Positions 51,677 to 62,900 of a stretch of 64,000 nt of DNA are shown here, piece by piece; within the stretch, counting starts at the first letter, position 1; each line of letters begins with the position of its first letter. A program made the translations under genes and the position numbers. The stretch is from Trichosphaerium sp. ATCC 40318. Its lineage: Eukaryota; Protista; Tubulinea. The stretch is taken from positions 186,001 to 250,000 of the forward strand of contig JALMLS010000479.1 in assembly GCA_038496445.1 (NCBI GenBank), read 5' to 3'. The notes below the pieces were generated by a model. It had not been told where the DNA came from. It saw only the letters and a list, made by a program, of their open reading frames with translations, and searched no databases.

Positions 51677-51934
51677 GTGCTACTATTACTAGGCCTTTAC
51701 TGTCAAATTTATTTATCAGGTTGTACTTCAGCGACAGAGTCCGATATCCTCACTGAGGGTATCAAAGCGTTGGCAAGTGTACGACGTATTGATGTAGCAG
51801 GAACTAGTGTTATAGAAGATGGGATTAAGGCTTTAAAAAGTTTACAGTACCTTCAGGTGCTTTGCAAGCAATTCAGCAAAGGTTTTGAAGATTCAATATA
51901 TTTAGAAGGAAAAATAATAACTAGAGATGACTGA
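51677..51934 (+). pseudogene. Degenerate LRR remnant downstream of LRR3
   Basis: IYLSGCTS...LTEGIKALASVRRIDVAGTSVIEDGIKAL retains the family repeat but has no ATG or F-box. It is also present in the duplicated arms. Confidence 0.55.
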
Positions 51935-52063
51935 AATAGGACTTGTTATAAATCACCTCACCAGTTACCGTCACAGAAAAAAAACTATCACATAATCTCT
52001 GTAAAAAATTAACTATTACTTTATCCTTATGATCAACTTTGTTTATTGAAACCAGTAAAAAGA

Positions 52064-55000
52064 TTAATCATTGATTGTAATAGAAACTTTTTCTTCTTTC
52101 CATGATTCATCATCTCCATAGTAGTAAGGATCACCCATTGTATTGTTTACAACAGAATCATGTGTAGCAACTGTGAATAAAGCAACTGTTCTTGCCAGCT
52201 CGTGTTGATACCTTTCAAAAATAGTTAAAAATCACGTGTTAAAATAGCAGAAAAAACACGTGATTCTTACCCAACAATAAAATCAAAACTATTCAAGTAA
52301 GGAAATGGGAGGTCTGGGAGTTGTGGTGCGTATAATGATTCAACTTGGAGTTTGTTCCATGCAAGGTCAGTATCATTCATCGATAGGATAAGATACATGT
52401 ATGGGTACCAATCTGGGTATGTTCTCCATTGGTTGTTACCAGCGTCAACACCAGGACTTCCCTTATTTGTTGTAAGTAAAAAGTTTCGATTGATTTAATG
52501 TTTCGGTCCTGTGGACGTACTTCATTTGTTGGGCAGCATGAATACTCGTTACCCCACCAATTAGGTCCATATTGACCGCCACATGGATTTTTAGTCATAT
52601 TACTTGGGTTAGGATAGATGCAAACACCGTCTAGAACAGAATGTTAAAAATAGATATTAAAGTAATGGTTAGTACTTTGCTTGACGTTAAATTCCAACCA
52701 TTTGTATGCGCTTCCAGCCCAAATAGGATCAATTAATTCATGAGTCATAGGTGTTATTGGTAGAATTATAATACCACACTCAAAGACGGCATTAGGACCG
52801 TAATAAGTCGCAGCATCAACTGAGTTTCCTAGAAAAAAAGTTTAAGTATTGCCTTCATTTCATATTTTGGTTGTACCGTAGAGGATTGTCATACAGCGTT
52901 TTAATCTATTAATTTCCGGAGTTGGACGATAAGACTCTTGTTCAGTCTTTTTGGGATTATGTTAGCCACGACTTATAAAGAAAAAAAAAAGACGGAAAAA
53001 AATCCAATACATTTGACATACCTGATTATCCAACATGGCGTACATTTGAACACTCTTTATTTCCATTGCAGCTAATATTCTTCCCCAATCCCGGATATTA
53101 CTATCATTGGTAGCGATACCTAAATGTTACATCAGTACGACACTCCAAAACAAACTCGCCAAAAAAGGTTACAGCCTTTTTCAATCAAAAAAAAACTTGA
53201 GCTCTCTCGATTGTAGCTTTAGTTTACCTAATAAATTCAATGCATAGTAAGCATTAACTGCTTCTCCATGAGATTGCTGATTTACCCAAGATTTAAGTCT
53301 TCCAGAATAATCATATCCTTCAGCGTAAGAGTGGCCATCAAACCAGTCCTTAACACAGTTAAGTACCATAACACTTCTTGTATACTCAAAGGGCTAAGTA
53401 CCTTATGACGAGCGAAAGTAAAATAAGGATCGTTTTGATCATCAGGATTTGCTATATCACGTGCGAAAGCATAAGCCTGTTTTGTAAAGTCTAAAACAAA
53501 ATTAATTAATTGCGAAAAATATGAGTTTTTTTGGGTCGGTTTTGTACTTTGCGTTTGGCTCTCGTTGAAGAATGTAACGTTTTTAATATTTTGTAGGTAT
53601 AAAGGCCATGCCATTATCTTAATAATATATCCGTATTGAAAGTGGTGGTCATTGTAGAAGGCATTACCTGTACAATATTTAACCCAAGAAAAAAAAAGGA
53701 ACCAGAAAAAATGAAAAAAGAAAGTAAACTAAGATACCATAATTTCCAAATGCGTTGTATCCTGTTGGGTTTTGGCATCCTTCACAATATTCATCTGCAA
53801 ATCGGTTATACCAACCAGTTACCAAACCACCCCATCTCATGTCGTAGTAAACCGCCATCTATTCATAAAGTTAAAAATTTTTAAATTGAAGACAGTTTGG
53901 TTTTTTTTTTTGTTTACCTGATCACGAAGGCAAGTCAAAGTGTTGTTGATTGGCGGTGGGCAAGGTTTAGGTTCCTCATCTTGGTAAGCCAAAACGTAGT
54001 TAAAGCAATCCAAAACATGTTCTATGAGTAGTTAGAAGTTAACCCTTCCTTTCTGAGAATTTTCTTGTTTTCTCAGAAAACGGATTTTAGACTAACCTGT
54101 CATAGTGATAGCCATATCTGTTTTATTCAAGTTCCATGAAATTATGGCAATATCTGTGTACTTTGCTAAATCTCTAGGAGAAAATGATGTCAAAAGACAT
54201 GAGAAGCAAATCAAGAATTCGTAGGGGTTTTTTTTGAGTTTTTCAAAAAAGAAGTCATTGACGCACCTGACGTAAGAGTATAGTTCCATACTTTTGAATC
54301 CTGGTAACCCAGGACCAGTTACATTATCCCCAGGACATTTTCCAATAAAATACTTGTAATCAAAAATGAGTTGCTCTTCAACTTTGTCTTTCATTGTTTC
54401 ATCAACTTCAAGTTCATCTCCAAACCCAACTGTAGATAATTTATACGACAAAGACCACGTTTTACCTAACAAACATGTAAATACAACGTATCACTACAAA
54501 ATAACCAGCTCCCAGTACCAGTTACTGCTTGCATGACTCCACGAACCATCCAGAAAGAAGTGTTTACAGCATTTGAACGCTAAAGTTTTTTTTGTCAGTT
54601 TTGTCGGTTTTGCTGGCAACCTGGCTTCAATATTTTATTCATACCGTGTCATTAGGTAGTAGAGGCATATGATGTGGCATAGCAAGCATTACTAGTTCAT
54701 CTGATTTGTTTCCTTTTACGCTACAAAATGATTAAAAAAAAGTTTTTGGTTGAAATCTGGGTTAGTACTTTGTGATCCATTCATAGTTTACTCTTGCTGT
54801 GTTATTCTTACTGTCTACATCGAAAGTAACATTTGCAGATTCAGCCCAGACACCTTGAGATTTATATAAGAATCACATGGAGCGAAGTGTTAATCTTAAA
54901 AATACCTCTGTGTTTGTCAAGGAATGGTCCCATCTTATCTTGGAGTGTGGCACCACAACCAATCTATAAAAGAGTGAGGAGGTAGCAATGAAGGTAAGTG

Positions 55001-56454
55001 ATTGAAGGAGACCAAATTGTGTTGATGCTTGCCTGAATTAGACCAGTATAAGAAGTTGTGAAGTTAATGTTACTAGGAGGTGCAGGAAAGTTCATTGACA
55101 CTGGATGATCAAAATACACGTGCCACCAAGTACCATCTAATTTATTATAATCAATTATGATAAAAGGTACCGAAATAAGATAATCGTACCAGGGTGTGGA
55201 GGACCTACAGCGACTTTCATCTACCCATCAAGGTTAGCTGTTTTCGACATATTTTTTTACAAGCAAAACTGACCTTGAAAGCATCACTGACGATACCATA
55301 TGTATTTGGTGGACGGTTATTAACCTGTATAACAGGTGGCATGCCACCTAGGTTAGATCCAAAAGAGATTTTAGCGTCTTTGCAGACAATGTTGACGTAA
55401 GGAGAGCCTATAGAACAATTATTGTACATGGCAAGATAAAGTTCTTGAAGGTTACCTTTGACGAGATATACAGTTGCTACTACGTTACCACGTGCATCTG
55501 CATAATCCACTTCGGCGCTCATAGGTGTCACTTTCTTCAAAGTGGTGTTTGGTGCACCACTGAATAAAATACCAAAGTCGTACGCTGCGCTCACTATCGG
55601 GGAATACTCATCAGCATTGTAATATAATAAATCCGTGACGTCATATTTTCTTTGTGGTACGTACTTGTTAGGTAAGGGTATGTAGCGTTCAAAATAGGAG
55701 GATCGGCATTCTTAGGTGGGTCTACATATCCTTGAGTCATCCTTGAATCAGGTGGTACGCCTGTAAGACAACAATAAGAAATAAAACAGTTTTGGAACAT
55801 TCCAACTCTTTTTTTAGTTAAAAGAGCTCAACGGTTTGCTTACCTGGGTACATTAGGTTTATATTGCTTGCTCTAGGGCTAACAACATATGGATAAACGT
55901 AAACACCTGCCCAGTGTGAAGGGCTAAAATCGTTCCAATCATAACCTTAAAACGCACGTGTTAGAACCGTCAAGATAGGTTTTCTGTCGTAACGTCTTTT
56001 TCTATTTTGGCCAAAACGCTTTTTGTTTGTTTGCTCACCCCATAAGTTCTTCTGCCACGTGTTTGTTGGTTTTGTGGTATTAGGGAATGTACTGTTGAGT
56101 ATATCCATGGCAATAGGGCCAAAAGGGTTTGGTTTAACAATAGGATAGCGAGGGTTGGCGCAGTAGTCTTCTGGTATGATGTTATCAACTGGTAGCCATA
56201 GCTCAGAAGGATCTTGGTATTGTAAGTCGTATAAACGTTATTATTCATCTCTTACCGGTTACGTTAGCGTCTAATAGTAGTTTAGTGTGATGTCGGTCGA
56301 GAAAACGTGATAAAATGGTAAACAGTAGAAAACAGTGAGTTCATGCTAGTGGAAGTTGTTTCGTACCTAGTGGAGCGAATGTAACGCGTTTGTATTCTGC
56401 TGCAGACATGGCGACCAACGCCAATGTCACAATAGTTATCAACACATACTTCAT
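52064..56454 (-). CDS. Secreted glycoside hydrolase family 81 (endo-1,3-beta-glucanase-like)
   Basis: Signal peptide MKYVLITIVTLALVAMSAA, VKGSPYV, YYDMRWGGLV, FYNDHHFQYGY, ARHKDWFDGHSYAEG, NQQSHGEAVNAYYA, GIIILPITP. Confidence 0.88.
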
Positions 56455-57706
56455 AGCTTGTTTTCAACTTTTCGAAACTGTGGAATTGTTTCAGAAGAAA
56501 TGTCAAACACAACTTAACTTTGGGAAGCAACTAAGATTGAATTTTTGTCTTCATTTTATTTTCGAATCTTACTCGTGCAAGGGAATAGCATCTGCTTTAA
56601 ATAAGCTTAATCTATTAATAGAAGAAAAGACTATGTTGACTTTCCAGTCACAGTAAGCGTTTTTCAGTAAATGCTAAGCTGTTCCACAGAAGAGTGTGTT
56701 GTTCAATACTTGAATAGTAAGTCAAGCAGTTAAACATCGTAGGCACCGTATAGAAACTACATATTGTGCGGTTTTATACTCTCACCGAAATTGAATGCTT
56801 CAGTGTTGGGATTAGACCTATTACACGTCATATTCTCAACACACCACGTTGTAAATGCTCTAGTCCCAGCCATGAAAGGTAACTTATTTTTTTGCTATAG
56901 TTTTTGTGATCACTGAGGGGGCTGCAACATAAAACTATGCTGTGAAACGGCAAGAGATATCCGACAGGCTTGCGACAGAAGCTGCAGATAAGGCATACAA
57001 AATGGTAAGAAATCGCTATTTTGTGCAATTGTAGTGTTGGTTGGTGTATTATTTTGTTATCTTCGCACTTACCAAATATTCTTGGCTATTTTTATGCAAC
57101 TGGATGCAAAGAGACAAATATTAAGTGATAGAATACAAAGCTAGCATTTTCTGTCAAAAGCGGTACGATACCCCTTTAGTTAAAAAACGTGGTTGATACA
57201 AACACAGTAGGTTTCGTAGGATAGATGTAAAGTACAAAAAGGTGCAACGTATATATCTAGATACTAAAGATGAGTTTATCGTCGAGTCAACAAACGTCGA
57301 GACACGAACACGAGCAATACGCGAACTTTATTATCAGAGTTCTTTGCTTGCATGGTTTTCAGTAAACAATAGGCCTCAGCAGCCATCTAGTAGAGGTGTT
57401 TTGGCTGGTGTCCAGTCCCTTGTAGCGAAATCTCTATCTTGATCAAAGGATTCTAGTGCAGAGCATCATGGTACTAGAGTGGCACGAGTTCTGTAAAAGG
57501 TTCCGGTGTTAAAAGTAATTCAGTGATATTGTTTTAACACCACATCCACAACACAAAGTCTGTCACTCCTAAGGAGTCGAAACAATAAAAAAAAAAGCCT
57601 TGTGCTTTGGTGTGAAAGTTGCAATCTTTTTTCCGTGAATACTGTTTAACAAAGTCATGCTGTAGTCAATCTGCTTTTTTTTTAAACGAATTAAGGCTTA
57701 GATAAC

Positions 57707-59861
57707 ATGGGTACGAGCCAATCAACATCATTTTCAGGTCAAGGAGGCAGTTTGGTGCGTCTACGTTTAGCGTTACTCCGAATTCGTTGTTTTACAACCA
57801 GTAAACCTCTAACACGGCCTATAGTCCAATGAACCAGCTATTGAAATAGATAAAGTCCTAAAAAAGGATCAAAATGAAATAAATAGGCTCCACAAGATCC
57901 TTAAACGCCGTGGATGGGCTGTATTTAATTTAAACAAGCGTATGAATACAATGGCAGAGGAAAGCATGAAAGCTGCAGAACGCTTCTTTTCTAAGGATAA
58001 AAAATACAAGGAGACATACCACTACCCAACGGTAATGGGATATAACCGTACGTATCCACAAACCAAAGACAATAACGTTCATTTCACTGATTTTTTGACG
58101 AAAATATCCACAAAAAAAGTTCCAAAAACAATTGGTTTCTAACCGCTTCTACTGGCTTTTTGAGATACTAAATCTTATGTTCTAGCTGTTCCACATAAAG
58201 AGAGCTTTCGTATTCTTACTGGGAGGTATGTGAAAAGTAAGGTTGTGTCGCACAAATAACTGACTTGTTTTTTTTTTTCAGTTACATTGAAAAGTCTTTG
58301 TACCCTCAGGAACTCCAAGCTACACTTTCTCCTCTCTCCGTAATGATGGACGATGTTCTTCATCAACTTATGGAAGCAACATCCAATACATTGTTTGGAT
58401 GCTCAGTAAAGGAGTTAAGCGAGCGTGTAACTCTACCAATGCTCGAAACCGACTCAACAAAACCAAACTATGGCATGCTTGATTTCGCTCACTATTACAA
58501 CAACGAGGTACGTCTACCTTGTTTTACGATAATGACGTCTTCTTTATCTTACTCATTTTTGTAGAAGCGTACAGTCCCTCCAATGAATTGCATCGCACAC
58601 TACGACCCTGGGTTGTTTGCTTTAAACCTTGGGTCAAACACCGAAGGCTTACAACTCCATGACCCTCAAGATGATGAGTGGATTGACATACCTCCCACGT
58701 GCGCTGTATTGTGGTGTGGTTATGCTACGGAAAAAGCTTCGAATAAAGCCATACCTCCTGGTAATCATAGAATACAGTACGGAAACAAACCAAGGATAAC
58801 TGTTTGGCATGAGGTACACAATTTTAGAATTGTTAAGCGCCATAGTTCTGTTTTGAGTTCTCGTTTCTGACTTTATTCTTTTTTAGGTTTGCACCGATAG
58901 GCAAGTACCCAACGAACTTCACACAAAGGGTATGCGTGGTATGATGCCAGAAAAGAAATCTCGACCTCAAAAGAAGATGTCAAACAAAAACAGAAGCAAC
59001 AGGAGAAAACAACCAAAATTGACATTGATGAACAACACTGAAATTGAGAGTGGTATTCCTCTAACAAAGTCCGAGTTCCCCATCGAGGATGCATTTGATA
59101 TTGATGCGCTTGAAATCGAGAGCGGCATTCCCCCAACAAAATCCGAATTCATCTCCGAAGATGATAGTGAAGATGCTGACATGAATGATGAAGACGCCTT
59201 GGCACAACTTAATGAAAATAATAAGGTATTGATCGCGGCCAGAGATGCCTTACTAGCTGAGGCTGCTGAGTTACAAAGACAAATTGGTGTTAATAAAAAA
59301 CCTCCTATCAACCGAAACAAACGCGCGAAACTCGGAGAAGGAAGGACAGGAATACCACCAACAAAGAGGAAAATGCCGGCTGGGAATAATATGCTACGAG
59401 CTTTTGAAGCAAAGACAGGAATACCACGAACAAAGAAAAGGCCGTCTAGAAAAAATGTGCCATCATCACGTGAAGCAAGAACTGGTGTACCACCAACAAA
59501 GAGCATTAAATTACCTCCAATGCCAACGGCACAAACTAACTCTGAACCAAAAGAACGTCCTAGACTTGCACCTGAAGACATTACTGGCATACCACCTACA
59601 AAGAGCGGTATAATCAGAATGCCAGTATACAACAGCGATGAAGATCCTAAGCTTGTTCTTTCACGACCTCCAGGCGAGATGTTTACTGGTGTGCCACCAA
59701 CAAAGAGTGGTATAATCAGAATGCCAGTATACAACAGCGATGAAGATCCTAAGCTTGTTCTTTCACGACCTCCAGGCGAGATGTTTACTGGTGTGCCACC
59801 AACAAAGAGTGGTATAATGCCAGTATTCAAAGACTTTGATAAAAATGATCCTAGTCATTGA
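57707..59861 (+). CDS. 2OG-Fe(II) oxygenase (IPNS/DAOCS-like) fused to a C-terminal tail with 8 [ST]G[IV]PxTK repeats
   Basis: Spliced translation: LKRRGWAVF..AERFF, GYN, KESFR, HYDPGLF..GLQL..W, H-R-I, R-I-T. The intron at 58814-58886 joins WHE|VCTDRQVP in frame with the 58932-59861 ORF. Confidence 0.85.
59607..59810 (+). repeat. Perfect 102-bp (34-codon) tandem duplication
   Basis: 59607-59708 is identical to 59709-59810 and encodes GIIRMPVYNSDEDPKLVLSRPPGEMFTGVPPTKS. Confidence 0.95.
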
Positions 59862-59988
59862 AAAAAAGAGGTTAAAGATTGTCTTGAATAGTGTAAAAAA
59901 GTTAGGTAATAAAAAAGAATTTCTACAGGACATTGTATGTTACTGGTTTAAGGTCGGCGAAAGACAATACTAACCTGTCAATAAAAGT

Positions 59989-62900
59989 TCATCCTGAACT
60001 CAGAAACAGAAAGCACTTGTTTACCAATAATGGTAGTTGTAATGGTGAGATACAGCAAGCGAAAGAAAAAACAACTTTATTTTGAAGACTGTCTACTGGT
60101 TTTTTATATGTAATAGTTTTTTTTCCATTGCTTGTTGAGACCGCTAACATAGCCTTGAATACTGAAAGGTAATATACCATTACTTGCCATTAAAGTATCA
60201 AAGCTTCTTGTTCTTACAAGAACAGCTCTTGATTTCTTTGATTGTTTCTTTGGTGAGCTAGAAGCATCTATAACAAGAAATAAGTTGGAATGTTTTTTTT
60301 TTGGTTTCATTCATGCTTTGTCTCTTACCTTTTGCTTTCTTCCTCTTGTAGTTTAAAAAACGTTCATGCTCTACAGTATTCTTGACAACAAAACGAGCAA
60401 CATGAACACGACTCTTTTGACCCATCCTACACGACCATAAATTGTCAAAAGTTGGTGGCAAAAAAAAAAAAGGCAAAATGGTTTTGTTTTGGCATTCATT
60501 TGAGTTCGTACCTGTAAGCTCTTCCAATTGCTTGAGATTCAGTTGCCTCTATTTCCTCTCTCGTTCCGATTGCAGAGTCTACAACGATTAGTGACTGTTG
60601 ATACGGTAAAAAGTGCTTCTGCACTAAGTGATGGCATACCCAATAGAACAATATGTTTAGCATTCATCAAGTTTGTTCCTGACGCTGCCTTTTTGGTACT
60701 TAGAAGTAATACACGAATATCCTGTCCACTGTTGTCACTAAATGACTTGATCGCCTTTTCTCTACGAAATACATTTCTAAATAAATGTTAGAAACAGTAC
60801 TACCTTTTGTTGCTTTATATCGATGCTTACCCTTCAATTGAAGTACTGTAAATTCCGTTCTGGAAAAGCACACAAGCCACTTGATGCAACACTTTTGAGA
60901 ACTGTAGAGTGGGTGAGAAGGGGAATAAGGTTGGACAATGATAGAGGTGAGATGATTAACGTACACTTGAGAATAGGATTATCTTTGAAGTTGGTTCTTC
61001 TTTCCAGATACCTTCAAGATATCCGATCAACATGCTTATCTTTGCACCATACATGATAACTCTTTCATGTTCAGTAAGATTGACATATCTTTTCTCAGGA
61101 TATCCCTTCTACAGAGTGATAATTTGGTTAGTTAAACGATGAGATTGTTAGAAGAAAGATGTTTCATCAATTGAAACAAAGACAGTACCTTTATTAGCTT
61201 TGATTCAAATGTTAATTTAGGTCTCAACAGCTTCTTGAGATGGTTGATGGTATCCTCATCCTCATATTCAATACAACGTAAATCCGCAGCTTGTTGTAAA
61301 CTGTCAAGATTCGCTTCTTCTAAAACATCAAGACCAAGTTCTCTGCTCCTCCCTTCGATGGTTATTTCAGGCTTTCCCTTAAAAACACGTGAGAATCACG
61401 TGAACATTAATATCACCTTACGACAGTTTCAAGTTGTTTTTTAACTTTGTCCAACTTGCAACAAAGCTGAACTGATTCTCTTTTTTGCGTCTTGAGTTTT
61501 GTAATTCTTAGTTTTACTTCATCAAAATATCTCTCACGGTATTTGTTATCAGTTTTAAGTTTTTTCTTTTGTTCTTGTATTGAATGATCCCAATTTGTTT
61601 GGGCCTGTGATTCCTCCTCAAGTTTATCCTTGATAAATATAAGAAATCATGTCAAAACACGTGATTGATATGACGAAACGGTACGTTAATCATCGATGCT
61701 ATTTCTGAATAGAGTGCTGGTAACATTGGACCTTCATGTGCACTTGTAAGTGAACACAACTCACCTAAATCTATAGAGCAAATAGGTGAATTGATTGGGT
61801 TTTAGTAGTGTTATTGTACCTGTACCCATAGGTTTACATAATTTGGTAACATTGTAATGTATTTTTTGGATGGGATGAAAGTCAACAAGTTCCTACAAAT
61901 TAAGTTACTTAAAACAACTCCAAGATTTGTTGTACGAGAATCTCTTTGTATGGTGGTATCTCCCAATCATCTTTTGCACTCTCTTTTGTGTGTCTCCACA
62001 TGTAATTGTTGATCAAGATATCGATGAATGACCATCTAAGGGTATGAATGTTAGATCAAGTTGTGAAAGGTATCAAAACACAAAAAACCTCTTACGTCTT
62101 GTATTCGCTATGTGCCTCAGGAAGGTGCCACCGAAAGTCAGGTGATCCATGTTTATAGTTTATACGTCTAAGTATTATTATAAGTGTAAGGCTATGACAA
62201 AGTGATATCTAGTACGTTTCCCCAGGATGTACTGCTCTATGACTTCTTGTTTCGAATTTTTTTCCAGTGAGAAAAGTGAGAACACCACGGAACGTTGTAC
62301 TAGAACAACACTATAAGACTAATATGCTCTGTGTAATACAGTGTGATTACGTACTTTTTAGGGAATGGAGTGCCTGTGACATACCACCTAAACTTAGACT
62401 TGTGGGCAGCCAAGATGTTGTCTATCGTCAACAAAGTCAGTTATTGTTGCAAGAATTAATTTTTTTAAGAACGCACTTGGCCAAATAGGCTTGTGAACAA
62501 GTTCATGTCCTTCATCAAGTATTATACGATGCCAGTATATCTCATCAAGACCTCCTTTTTCTCCAATTTTCACTCTGTAGTTCTTGTTTGCAAGAAGTTG
62601 ATGAGAAACAACTACAACATCTAGTATGGTTTTAGCAATCAGCAGGTTACAGCTAAATATTATGGTTGTACCAGCGTTTGTCAATCCAGCCCTTTTTGCT
62701 TTCTTCAAGTCCCTGATGGTTGTTATCTTATGTATTGTCATATCTCTTGTTGTGCGATTATGCATCTCCTCAACCCATTGTTTTGCCAAATGACTTGGAC
62801 AACAAACTACAAACAAACAATGACATCAGATTAAAGTGGTTGCAATACTGGAAACGCGTACCTAAGGTTGCATTGCTACATTTCTTGCCATCTACTTTTT

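Noticed and set aside
58967-59830. 287-aa antisense ORF over the repeat tail
   Set aside because: It is the shadow of the plus-strand frame, which is spliced to the oxygenase and shows silent-site variation.
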